NCBI GenBank assembly: GCA_050014075.1 | Contig: JBEKEA010000004.1 | Coordinates: forward strand, 35,665-99,664 | Length of the DNA stretch: 64,000 bases | Source of the DNA: Sedimentisphaerales bacterium | GTDB taxonomy: Bacteria; Planctomycetota; Phycisphaerae; Sedimentisphaerales; UBA12454 | Direction: 5' to 3' | Part shown: positions 49,658 to 58,994 of the stretch, in pieces | Position numbering within the stretch: the first letter of the stretch is position 1 | How the letters are laid out: each line of letters begins with the position of its first letter | The notes under the pieces: generated by a model | What the model was told of the DNA's origin: nothing | Databases searched by the model: none | Seen by the model: only the letters and a program-made list of their open reading frames with translations | Position numbers and translations under genes: made by a program

Positions 49658-49747
49658 TCAGAAGATTTTTTTATAGATATGGCAATATGGTGATTGGCCG
49701 TTTTTCCCGTAGTAATTCTGATGATATTCTTTGGTCGACCAGAATGT
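49658..49747 (-). pseudogene. 3'-terminal remnant of a methionine sulfoxide reductase (MsrA-type) gene
   Basis: Manual translation TFWSTKEYHQNYYGKNGQSPYCHIYKKIF*, compared with the MsrA FW.AE.YHQ.Y..K...YC motif. Confidence 0.7.
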
Positions 49748-49752
49748 ATTAG

Positions 49753-49940
49753 TTATTTTTTCGGAAATTCGAGCTTTTGCAGCTTGTCAAGGTCAGGTTT
49801 TTGGGCCGCGATTTTAAGCGACTCATTATAAAGAGCATTCAAATCGCCAAGGTTAATTTTTGACCCCTGACGAATGAATATCGGTATCTTATAAAGAGGA
49901 GCATCTAGATTAAACCCAGGAAAAGCACGATACGTTTCAT
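49753..49940 (-). pseudogene. Internally deleted remnant of a secreted glycosidase (probable GH31)
   Basis: MKRIVLFLGLI start joined out of frame to DAPLYKIPIFIRQGSKINLGDLNALYNESLKIAAQKPDLDKLQKLEFPKK*. Confidence 0.55.
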
Positions 49941-50237
49941 TATTGTTACCTTTAAAAATAAGCGATAAATCCTTTTAATATAGATTCTGGAATATGTAAA
50001 GGGAAAAGGTTTAGAATAGAATATTTGAAATTAAATCGGGAAATTATCAGTTTTTTACCAAAAAACAGGGTTTTTTGAACAAAATTGTAGACATATATAT
50101 GCTTTTTTTAGTAGTTTTAACTTGATTTTTTCAATAATAACTGTTAGAATAGCTAAATTAGATACACTGCGTTAATTTCGAAGAAATGGTAATCAATTTT
50201 GCATAATAATAATGATATTTAATAGGAGGAAATAAGG

Positions 50238-52091
50238 ATGAAGAAGTTATTTTACATTTCAGTTTTTGTTATCACACTTTTAATTTCAATTAATGTTAAA
50301 GCCGGCACAATTATCAGTTGGGGCAATACGGTTTATGATAGCGAGAAGATGATGGCAAGTGACTTTGTGCAGGTCAGCGGCGGCGCCTCTCACAGTGCAG
50401 CCGTTAAGGCAGATGGGTCGGTTCTATGCTGGGGATACAACGGCGGCGGCCAGTCAAACTATCCGGCCGGTAATGACTTCAGAATGGTTTGTGCTGGCGG
50501 TAACTGCACTGTAGCAATCAAAACAGACGGCTCACTGACTGCATGGGGCTACAATGTATACCACCAACTCGAGGTTCCTGCCGGTAATGATTATGTTACG
50601 ATTTCAGTCGGCCATAATAATGCACTTGCAGTAAAAACTGACGGCTCAATAGTCAGCTGGGGCAATACAGCAACTCCTCCGACAGGAAATAATTACGTCG
50701 CGGTTTCTTGCGGCTACACACATTGTATTGCATTAAAAACTGACGGTTCTATTGTCGCCTGGGGCACCGATAGTGGTTATGGCGAACTTACAGTCCCGGC
50801 TGGAAACGATTTTACAGCCATTTCTGCCGGTGATTATTTCAGCATCGCTTTAAAACAAGATGGAACAATTGTTTGCTGGGGCAAAATTAACACCGCGCCT
50901 TCCGGAACTTTTAAAGCTGTTTCTGCGGGCAGTGCACACGGTCTTGCTTTAAGAACTGACAATTCTCTTTGCTGCTGGGGCAGTATCACCAGCGCACCTT
51001 CAGGAAACAATTATAAAGCGATAGACGCAGGCTGGAGTCATTGTCTTGCAATTAAAACGGATGGTACAGTTGTCGGATGGGGTGATAACCTCGATGCTAA
51101 GTCGAATCCGCCAACCGGAGCAGATTTTAAAGTTCTTTCGTACGGCGATGACCATGGTATTGCGATAAGAAACGATAATTCTCTCTTCGGCTGGGGCCAT
51201 AACAATAGCGGTCAGATAAACGTGCCTGCCGGTAATGATTACGCGGCGGCTTCCTGCAGCGTCGCTCACAGTCTTGTCTTGAAATTCGATGGGACAGTAA
51301 TTGGCTTCGGCGATAATACTCGTGGTCAAATAAATGTGCCTTCCGGCACTTATTCGGCAATCGCTGCAGGGCATTTTCACAGTCTTGCCCTTAGAACTGA
51401 CGGCTCTCTTGCTTCCTGGGGCAACGATACTAATGGAGTTGTGTCCAACACTCCTTCAGGAAATAACTTTGTCGCGATTTCTGCGTCAGCAAGCGGTTTC
51501 GGCAGCAGGACAGGTTTTAACAGTATGGCTTTAAGGTCGGACGGTTCAGTTGTTTGCTGGGGCAAAAATGAATACGGCCAGGTTTCAAATACTCCGACAG
51601 AAAATGATTTTATAGCTGTCGCAATGGGGACATCTCATTGCGTTGCATTAAGGTCAAACGGCACAATTGCCTGTTGGGGCAGCCTGTCAACACCGCCTGC
51701 AGGGAGCAATTATGTGAAAATAGCCGCAGGTGATGGCTTCAGCTTAGCCATAAAATCAGATGGTTCTGCTGTGACCTGGGGCTCGGTAGCTGCTCCTCCT
51801 GCGGGATACTCATATTTGGATGTCGCAGGCAGCAGCTATTCAACCGGCCCCGCAGCATTGAAATCGTATTGTCCGTACGCTTTAATCGGCGATTTAAACG
51901 GCAATTGCAAAGTCGGCTGGGACGATTTGAATATTATGTTTGAGAATTGGCTCAAGAGTGATGCGACAGCGGATATTGCTCCTGTGCCGAGCGACGGCAC
52001 TGTTAATTTCCTGGATTATACCGCTTTGGCTGAAAACTGGTTAATCGATTGTCAGCAAACGCCGGGCAATCCTGCCTGTGTGGCAAAATAA
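50238..52091 (+). CDS. Secreted RCC1-like repeat (beta-propeller) protein with C-terminal dockerin-like module
   Basis: Signal peptide; many 'AIxAGxxH.LAL..DG...WG' repeats; GDLNGNCKV...W / DGTVNFLDY..LAENW tail. Confidence 0.85.
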   Translation: MKKLFYISVFVITLLISINVKAGTIISWGNTVYDSEKMMASDFVQVSGGASHSAAVKADGSVLCWGYNGGGQSNYPAGNDFRMVCAGGNCTVAIKTDGSLTAWGYNVYHQLEVPAGNDYVTISVGHNNALAVKTDGSIVSWGNTATPPTGNNYVAVSCGYTHCIALKTDGSIVAWGTDSGYGELTVPAGNDFTAISAGDYFSIALKQDGTIVCWGKINTAPSGTFKAVSAGSAHGLALRTDNSLCCWGSITSAPSGNNYKAIDAGWSHCLAIKTDGTVVGWGDNLDAKSNPPTGADFKVLSYGDDHGIAIRNDNSLFGWGHNNSGQINVPAGNDYAAASCSVAHSLVLKFDGTVIGFGDNTRGQINVPSGTYSAIAAGHFHSLALRTDGSLASWGNDTNGVVSNTPSGNNFVAISASASGFGSRTGFNSMALRSDGSVVCWGKNEYGQVSNTPTENDFIAVAMGTSHCVALRSNGTIACWGSLSTPPAGSNYVKIAAGDGFSLAIKSDGSAVTWGSVAAPPAGYSYLDVAGSSYSTGPAALKSYCPYALIGDLNGNCKVGWDDLNIMFENWLKSDATADIAPVPSDGTVNFLDYTALAENWLIDCQQTPGNPACVAK

Positions 52092-52127
52092 ATAAACTAA
52101 AGCCTTAGGCTTTGAAATATATAATCT

Positions 52128-52160
52128 GGAGCTCGCTTATTTTTAGCGGGCTCCGTTTTT
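52128..52160. terminator. Rho-independent terminator between convergent genes
   Basis: ggagctcgct / agcgggctcc stem followed by a T-run. Confidence 0.75.
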
Positions 52161-53807
52161 TTATTTTGCATTTTCGGATTTTCTAAACAGAGCGCCGGCT
52201 ACATTTCTATTGATTTGCACTTCAGCCTTTTCGTTGTAGTAAACCATATTGAGCCGATTCTTCGATTGGAGTTCTTTCAATTCGTCATCGGTAGCAAGAA
52301 TCCAGTCGCCTTTATCGTAAAGCTGATAAATCATATTTACGTCTTTTATTTTAGGAATTTCTCTTCCGAAATAATGGACTACTTTTGGAGAAACATAGCT
52401 GTATGCCACAAGATTATTATCTGATGGTATTTTTTTAGATATTTCAGCAGTAAATTTTCTGGTATAATTATTATTATCAAATGGAGCCGAAAGGCTGATA
52501 AAACAAATTACAAACAGGCAATAACCTCCAAAGATTAATCCACAGCCAAGAGTTGTTTTGTTTTTTGCAAATGACGCCAGAATCCACACTATTAGTATAA
52601 TCGCTGTTATGCCGAGAATTAATACTTTAACGAAAAGCTCAGAATGAACAGCGGCAAAGTAAATTACCCCTGCAATAACAGACAAGGCGATAATTACGAT
52701 ATGGAAAATAAGAAAACTTTTTGTAAATTTATCCGTAAAGGCTTTTCGTGTGTAAATTATATCTTCCAAAACAATACCAACCAGGATGGCGATAACGGGC
52801 ATTATCGGCAGTATATAATGTTTGCGTTTGCCGCCGCAGATAGTTAAAAAAATCAAGTCTGTTATAAAACAAAGCCATAGAAACAACATAACTTTTTGTT
52901 TTTTCCCCCAGATTTTGTAAAACGGAGATATTAAGGCGACAGGGACAAGGGCTACCCAGGGTGCGATGAATGCAAAAGTATAAATTATGTATAAATAAAA
53001 TGGATAATTACCTGGGGCGTATTCGCCGAACAAACGGTCATAAAAATTATGTTTCCATACGACTAAATCCCAGTTTACTCTGTAACCGATAACAAGCGGC
53101 CACGGCAATACTATAGCAAGAAAGATGATTACTCCGACAACGGGCAGCAGTTTGGGCAGGATTTTCCATTGCCTGAATATGACAATGTATAAAAACAGCG
53201 GAATTAAAACTAATGGAATCGGCGCAGGACCTTTAGCGAGCATTCCCAGCCCGAAACTTATCCAGAAAACAAGCATATATATTATTTGTTTTTTGCGAAT
53301 TTGTTCGATAACGGCAGAGTAGAAAGAAAGAAAGCATAAAATTACAAAAAATGTAAAAATCATCTCCGGTCTTGCATTATGAGCATAATTGATATATCCA
53401 AATGATGTTGACCAGACCAGGGCGGAAATTATTGCGACACGAATATCCAGCCATTGTTTGACAAAATATAAAATGGCAAGAGCAGATAAAAATGCAAATA
53501 AAGCGCTTGGAAATCTTGCGGTAAATTCGTCAATATTGCCTGTTATTTCCCCCAAACCGGCTACGAGCCAGTAGGAAAGCGGCGTTTTTTCAAGTCGAAG
53601 CTGGCCATTGCAGGAAGGTAAAATCCAATCATTGCTCCCAAGCATTTCACGCGCAGTAATAGAAACAAGACACTCATGGTTTTCCATTGCTCTGCCGGAA
53701 ATACCCCAAACGGCGGTTAGTGCCGACAGGACTAATGTCAAAATCAGAAGTATGTTTTTATTTTTCCCGGCTTCTTCAGCAGTCAGGTTGTTCATATCAT
53801 TTATCAT
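52161..53807 (-). CDS. ArnT/GT83-like glycosyltransferase, close paralogue of 4235-5845
   Basis: HECLVSITAREML..NDW..P..NG..RLEKTPLSYWL, LAKGPAP, KRKHYILP. Confidence 0.85.
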   Translation of the reverse strand: MINDMNNLTAEEAGKNKNILLILTLVLSALTAVWGISGRAMENHECLVSITAREMLGSNDWILPSCNGQLRLEKTPLSYWLVAGLGEITGNIDEFTARFPSALFAFLSALAILYFVKQWLDIRVAIISALVWSTSFGYINYAHNARPEMIFTFFVILCFLSFYSAVIEQIRKKQIIYMLVFWISFGLGMLAKGPAPIPLVLIPLFLYIVIFRQWKILPKLLPVVGVIIFLAIVLPWPLVIGYRVNWDLVVWKHNFYDRLFGEYAPGNYPFYLYIIYTFAFIAPWVALVPVALISPFYKIWGKKQKVMLFLWLCFITDLIFLTICGGKRKHYILPIMPVIAILVGIVLEDIIYTRKAFTDKFTKSFLIFHIVIIALSVIAGVIYFAAVHSELFVKVLILGITAIILIVWILASFAKNKTTLGCGLIFGGYCLFVICFISLSAPFDNNNYTRKFTAEISKKIPSDNNLVAYSYVSPKVVHYFGREIPKIKDVNMIYQLYDKGDWILATDDELKELQSKNRLNMVYYNEKAEVQINRNVAGALFRKSENAK

Positions 53808-53814
53808 TTTAATA

Positions 53815-54474
53815 TTATTTGCGGTCTGTAATGACGATTTGCGGCAGCGGATTTGGAATTTTATCTATAACTCCCATTTGATTAAGCAGAAAAGCCAGTT
53901 TTTCCATATTGCCATTAAGATAGGGCAATAGATAAGGATTTTTTTCGGGACTCCAGTCATAACTTATCATTTCATTAACTACATAAGGTACATCCTTTTT
54001 TTCAATAAGCAAGCGATAAGCGGCAATTACGCCGCCCGCTCGCTGGGTTCCTGAGGCGCAGTGAACTAACACAGGTTTGTCTTTTTCTTTTGCCTGACAT
54101 ATTATTGCTATTGCTTTGGCATAATCGTTAATGTCTCCAGTTCCATTGCCGCCCAAGAAAAAGTAGTGTCTTTCAATGCCAAGTTTTTCAGCAGCTTCCT
54201 GTTCTTCGTCTTTGTCAGCAGTCTTAGTTGAATCACCAGTCAGGTTTATAATTACTTTTATATTATACTTACGCAAGGTTCTTTCAACTAACCATCTTGA
54301 TAATTGTCCGCTGCGGTAAATCTTACCATCTTCCACTATACCAAATCTTTTTGGAACGAAATCGTCCTTTAGCGATCCCTTCCATAGACTCAAAATCCCT
54401 ATGAGACAGAGCAGAACAGCAGCAATTATTAGTTGTCGTTTATAACGCAGCATTGTTTTAATGCCTTTCTTCAT
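53815..54474 (-). CDS. Membrane-anchored DSP/tyrosine phosphatase-fold protein (intact HCxxGxxR)
   Basis: N-terminal TM; G.IYRSGQ; INL; PVLVHCASGTQR. Confidence 0.85.
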   Translation of the reverse strand: MKKGIKTMLRYKRQLIIAAVLLCLIGILSLWKGSLKDDFVPKRFGIVEDGKIYRSGQLSRWLVERTLRKYNIKVIINLTGDSTKTADKDEEQEAAEKLGIERHYFFLGGNGTGDINDYAKAIAIICQAKEKDKPVLVHCASGTQRAGGVIAAYRLLIEKKDVPYVVNEMISYDWSPEKNPYLLPYLNGNMEKLAFLLNQMGVIDKIPNPLPQIVITDRK

Positions 54475-54489
54475 TTTTTATTGCGTTCT

Positions 54490-55371
54490 TTATTCAGTAT
54501 CATTTGTATTTTTATGCCATAACGCCGGGACTTTATTTAATACGTAAACGCAACCTGCCAATGCCGCGCTGCTGGCAATAAAAATGGGCAGTTTAAAACC
54601 GCCGGAAAAAACACTTATCAAAGGTATGAGAATAAGCCCGATGAGTACAACTTTCCGCCACCATTCATTTATGCGGAACGAGTTTTGCGATATCCATTGG
54701 CTGCTGATTTTTAATGCGAGCCAGCCGCAAAAAATACCGACAGCCGCCCCGGCAAAAATGTCTGATGGATAGTGAGACAGTCCTGTTACCGTCAGAGAAC
54801 CGACCATGGCGGAGAGAATGAACAGTAGCGATAAACTCAATCCCGAAACGAACGGTGCTACCGTGACAGCAGGAGCAAATACCGTGGCAGTGTCGCCGGA
54901 AGGAAATGACTGATATCGCGTCTTGCGAAAATGCTGCATATTAAAACGACCGTACACCGGCTCAGATAATAGATTTTTTATCGTAGTTTTGTTTCCCTGA
55001 GAATCCTGTATTATTTCTGAATGTTTAAGAAGCTCGCGAGGCCTTTCTCTGTGCGTTAGAATTTTACCCGGCCCTACAATTGCCAGTGCCAGCAGCATAG
55101 ACAGCGAACCTGCCAGAACTATTTGTAACCTGTTTTTTAGATAACCCCACAAAAACAGCAGCCAGAGCGGCACACAGACTTTGCCCAATATTTTGATTAA
55201 TTTAGCGCCGGTAAAACTGTCTAAATCCTTGCCATTGGACGATATCCAGGAAATAACACGGTCATCAATAAAAAAATAAGCGAACAATGCCCCAATAAAT
55301 AGAACAATCATAGACACAAAAATTGTCAAACCGAATCGATTGGATGTTGACCTGGGTGATATTTTACTCAT
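54490..55371 (-). CDS. PAP2-family membrane phosphatase with degenerate motifs
   Basis: C1 KILTHRERP; C2 SFPSGD; C3 LTVTGLSHYPSD. Confidence 0.8.
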   Translation of the reverse strand: MSKISPRSTSNRFGLTIFVSMIVLFIGALFAYFFIDDRVISWISSNGKDLDSFTGAKLIKILGKVCVPLWLLFLWGYLKNRLQIVLAGSLSMLLALAIVGPGKILTHRERPRELLKHSEIIQDSQGNKTTIKNLLSEPVYGRFNMQHFRKTRYQSFPSGDTATVFAPAVTVAPFVSGLSLSLLFILSAMVGSLTVTGLSHYPSDIFAGAAVGIFCGWLALKISSQWISQNSFRINEWWRKVVLIGLILIPLISVFSGGFKLPIFIASSAALAGCVYVLNKVPALWHKNTNDTE

Positions 55372-57035
55372 TTTGGATTATCCTTTCCACGAATCATTGC
55401 CAGGATTTTGACTTCCTTACCGTTAGAATAGTTATAACCTTTTTTTGATGCTATTTCAAGTAGGGGCAAAGGTCCGCTGCCATGTAGAATGTCCGCCAGG
55501 ATATCTGCCGGGATAATCAGAACTCCTGCCTGCGGCTGGTTGGCCCAGCTTATAACAGTTTCTTTATCATTGAGCTTCTCAATTTTCCGTCCAATATAAA
55601 AATTCAGACTTGGCTCTGCGAATTTGTATGCTGCCACCGGCACATCTGCTGCTGTGTTTGTATTTATTGCTTGTGAAATGAAAGGAGTTATTTTTGTCTG
55701 CTCAAGTCCCGGCAATACGCCGAACAAAAGTGTGATTAGAAAAATTAGAAATCCGGCCAGCAATGTCTTAGCGCTGTTTGCGAATTTTTCTGCTAACTGA
55801 AAGCGAATAGCCACCGCAGCCATAGCCAGCAGCACTATACCGCTAACTGCGCCGGACAACCGCAGCATTTTTATCTGCGTAAACCACGGACCTGCAATAA
55901 GCCCTGCGGCTATTATGACTGCTGCTATTCCAAAGAACCATACGCCGCTTCTTAACCATTTTCGGTCACGGCTGGTCAGTGTATTATTCTGTTCCGCAGC
56001 AATTGTCGCAGCCACTGATAAAGCCAGAGCCGGCCAGATAAATAATATATAATGAGGCAATTTGGTAGTTAATATACTCACAAAAATAAACATCGACGCA
56101 GCCCAGACTATCAGGAGAATACGAGATTTGCCAACGCCTGCTCGTCCGCCGACCACAACCGATATGGCTCCAGGCAGGAACAGGATCCACGGAAAAAAAC
56201 CAACCAGAATAACAGGCAGATAATACGGCAGATAAAGGAAAAAGTTTCCGCCATGACTATGCATAGGATGGGCCGCCCACGACACTACATGCCGGCCGAT
56301 AAAGACACGTACAAACTCACCGTTTGAAGCATTGTTGGATGGAATTGCCCATAAGAGAAAAATTACGGCCGCGATAATCGCTGAAAATACGATTCCTGAG
56401 AAACCGCGAATAAAATCGCCGATACTCCTGCGGCCAAGCCAGAGAACAATAACCATTACTATCACGGGCAGCACACCTGCCGGTCCTTTTGCGAGCATTC
56501 CCATGCCCATCAGCACCCCGACCGCAATAACATCCAGGATTCGAATTCTATTCCGGTCCCATCCGATGAAAATCGCCATCACTCCGACGATAAGAGGCAG
56601 CAGCACGCCATCCACCAGCGCAGCGCTTCCCACAACCGTCATTAATAACGTTGTTGCTAAAATTATTTCCGCCCATAATCCGACCTTTGCATCAAAAAGT
56701 CGTTTGCCAATAAAAAATGTCAGCAGGCACGTTATCGCGGTTCCAACTGCTCCGAAAAACCGACAGGAAATTTCATTCGCCCCCAGCAGCCGTACCGGCA
56801 CAGACATCAGCCAGTAAATCAGAATCGGTTTGTCGAACCAGATATCGCCGTTAAGGGTAGGCACAAGGTAATTGCCGCTTTGAATCATCTCAACCGTAGT
56901 TCTTGCGTACCTTGGCTCGTCCCTGTCCCACAGTGTGCTTCGGCTTGCAATCAGGAGATATAGACACAGGACGCCTGCGGCAATAAAAATTGCAGACCGC
57001 CAATCGCTTATAAAACTCCCTTTTTCCGGCATCAT
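55368..57035 (-). CDS. ArnT/GT83-like glycosyltransferase
   Basis: LWDRDEPRYA....EM..SGNYLVP..NG...FDKPIL.YWL, LAKGP, TKLPHY. Confidence 0.9.
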   Translation of the reverse strand: MMPEKGSFISDWRSAIFIAAGVLCLYLLIASRSTLWDRDEPRYARTTVEMIQSGNYLVPTLNGDIWFDKPILIYWLMSVPVRLLGANEISCRFFGAVGTAITCLLTFFIGKRLFDAKVGLWAEIILATTLLMTVVGSAALVDGVLLPLIVGVMAIFIGWDRNRIRILDVIAVGVLMGMGMLAKGPAGVLPVIVMVIVLWLGRRSIGDFIRGFSGIVFSAIIAAVIFLLWAIPSNNASNGEFVRVFIGRHVVSWAAHPMHSHGGNFFLYLPYYLPVILVGFFPWILFLPGAISVVVGGRAGVGKSRILLIVWAASMFIFVSILTTKLPHYILFIWPALALSVAATIAAEQNNTLTSRDRKWLRSGVWFFGIAAVIIAAGLIAGPWFTQIKMLRLSGAVSGIVLLAMAAVAIRFQLAEKFANSAKTLLAGFLIFLITLLFGVLPGLEQTKITPFISQAINTNTAADVPVAAYKFAEPSLNFYIGRKIEKLNDKETVISWANQPQAGVLIIPADILADILHGSGPLPLLEIASKKGYNYSNGKEVKILAMIRGKDNPK

Positions 57036-57246
57036 TAAATTTTACATCCTGTTAACCTGGTTAAATCTTCTCAGCTGCACCGCTGAGCCTCATTTCTAAT
57101 AGAATATCAAACCTATCTTAAAAAATCACGATTTTTATTACTTATCCGAAGTGCCGCGGGGCTACCTTTACGTTTTAGAAGATGAGAATATGATGAGAAG
57201 AGGGAGGTCTGAAATATGTTTTTTTTAAATGCAGACAGTTAGCATC

Positions 57247-57487
57247 TTAATGTTCATAAGCTCCCAGGTCGGGCGATTTGCCTTTAAAGGGCATTCTCAC
57301 ATCAATTCCCGCATCTATTAGCTATACTCACTGCTTTGGGAATAGTTTTAAAGGGATGTTTGATATTGCCGGTGCTGCTGTCATTTCCGTCAGGTGCGAC
57401 AAAATAACTGCTGCAAAACGCCGGCCAGACCGCGAAAAGTATAAATAGAATGAAACAAAATTTCCTTAATCCCTTATTTCTTTGCAT
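57247..57487 (-). pseudogene. Internally deleted third PL9-like gene
   Basis: Signal peptide plus YFVAPDGNDS...HPFKTIPKAV, joined out of frame to IDAGIDVRMPFKGKSPDLGAYEH*. Confidence 0.85.
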
Positions 57488-57506
57488 ATTTGCTTCCTTG
57501 CCTAGT

Positions 57507-58970
57507 TTATTTCATCCAGTTCTCTGCCATTATGGCAAAGTCAAAAAAGTTTACGTTGTTGTCGCCGTTGAAATCTGCCCAGTTGCAGGTTCCGCAGCTC
57601 GAGCTGAGCCAGTTATCCGCAACGCATTTCAGGTCAAGTAAATCGATCTGTCCGTCAGAGTGGCAGTCACCGGGTAAATATTCAAACGCGCCAAGGTCTG
57701 GTGCACTGCCGTTATACGGCAACGGCAGGTTAGCATCAATTGTTCCCCCGTCAATAAGGTCGCTTCCGGGTGCAAGGCGCATAAAAGCGATTTTGGGCAA
57801 ACTGCCGTCAGCATTTCGTGGACCATAAGCCAAATTTGGGTCAATACTGACAAAATCCGCACTGGTAGTACTAAACGGACTCATCCAGCCATTTGTTGTT
57901 TGCACAACCCAACTGGCGAGAGTATTTGAGCCTCCTGTCAAATAAACACAATTGGTAATTGTTGCCTTCGCGATGCTGGCCAAGGTTACATTTATGTTGT
58001 AATTAGCTGCACCGTTATTAAATGCCGTGCAATTTAAGAGTGTCATCGAACCTTTGTCATTATTTTGGTCGAATCCTTTTTCCTTATTTTGAAAAGAGAG
58101 ACAATTTTTCAGTATTACATTATGTCTCAATTTGGCGCTGTTACTGCTGTCGCCTCCGCCCATCTTAAATCCGTTTCCGTTCATATGATCGTTTGTTGAG
58201 CCGTCTTTCCAGTACCACCCACACTTGAAAGCCCAGCAGTTCTCATAAGTAGTGTCTACACTATTAGGACCACCTGTGTCTGGCCTGAGATATCCATCAT
58301 ACGCATCATCTGAGTTCCCCCACGACCGACAGCCGTAAAAATAATTGCCTGTGCCGACATTAAGTTTCGGTGAAAAACCATCGGCGTTAACTCCAGGGTT
58401 GGGGGTTGTATACTTATCATAATTATGATAAGAATCACAGTTTTTGAACTGGTTGTATGATGCTCCTGATGATAATTGAACTCCGCTATTCCAGTTTTCG
58501 TAAGAGGAACAAAATTCGAGGATATTATAGCTGCCTCCGCTGATTTTTATGCCGTTATGCGGAGCTCCTTTGCAATCTATACCTTTGATATACCAATAAC
58601 TGCCTGTGATTTTAAGACCATCGGCGCTACTGCCAGTCATCGCTGAAAAATCCAGGAGTGCTCGTTCACCGCTATAGCCGATTAGAGAACATCTATTGAT
58701 ATCACTTGTTCCGCTCTTGGCAGGAAGAGTGATTGAGCCGGTTGTGTTGGTATATGTATATGTTCCGGCGCGCACATAAATGGTGTCACCTGCCGCAACC
58801 AGTCCTACAGCCTTGCCAATCGTCAGAAATGGGTAGTCGATAGTAGTACCGGGGTTGCTGTCGCTTCCGGTGGTGGCGACAAAATAAGTAGTACTGCAAT
58901 ATGCAGGACAAACCGCGAAAAGTATCAATAGAACAATACCGTATTTTCTTGCTTTCTTATTTATTTGCAT
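57507..58970 (-). CDS. Secreted PL9-family (PelL-like) polysaccharide lyase with dockerin-like tail
   Basis: IYVRAGTY, NADGF..K, GCRSWGNSDD.YD, GNGFKMGG, APDLGAFE, GDCHSDG.IDLLD...W / ADFNGDNNVNFFDF. Confidence 0.85.
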   Translation of the reverse strand: MQINKKARKYGIVLLILFAVCPAYCSTTYFVATTGSDSNPGTTIDYPFLTIGKAVGLVAAGDTIYVRAGTYTYTNTTGSITLPAKSGTSDINRCSLIGYSGERALLDFSAMTGSSADGLKITGSYWYIKGIDCKGAPHNGIKISGGSYNILEFCSSYENWNSGVQLSSGASYNQFKNCDSYHNYDKYTTPNPGVNADGFSPKLNVGTGNYFYGCRSWGNSDDAYDGYLRPDTGGPNSVDTTYENCWAFKCGWYWKDGSTNDHMNGNGFKMGGGDSSNSAKLRHNVILKNCLSFQNKEKGFDQNNDKGSMTLLNCTAFNNGAANYNINVTLASIAKATITNCVYLTGGSNTLASWVVQTTNGWMSPFSTTSADFVSIDPNLAYGPRNADGSLPKIAFMRLAPGSDLIDGGTIDANLPLPYNGSAPDLGAFEYLPGDCHSDGQIDLLDLKCVADNWLSSSCGTCNWADFNGDNNVNFFDFAIMAENWMK

Positions 58971-58994
58971 TCTTACTTCTTTCCTTATCCTGGT

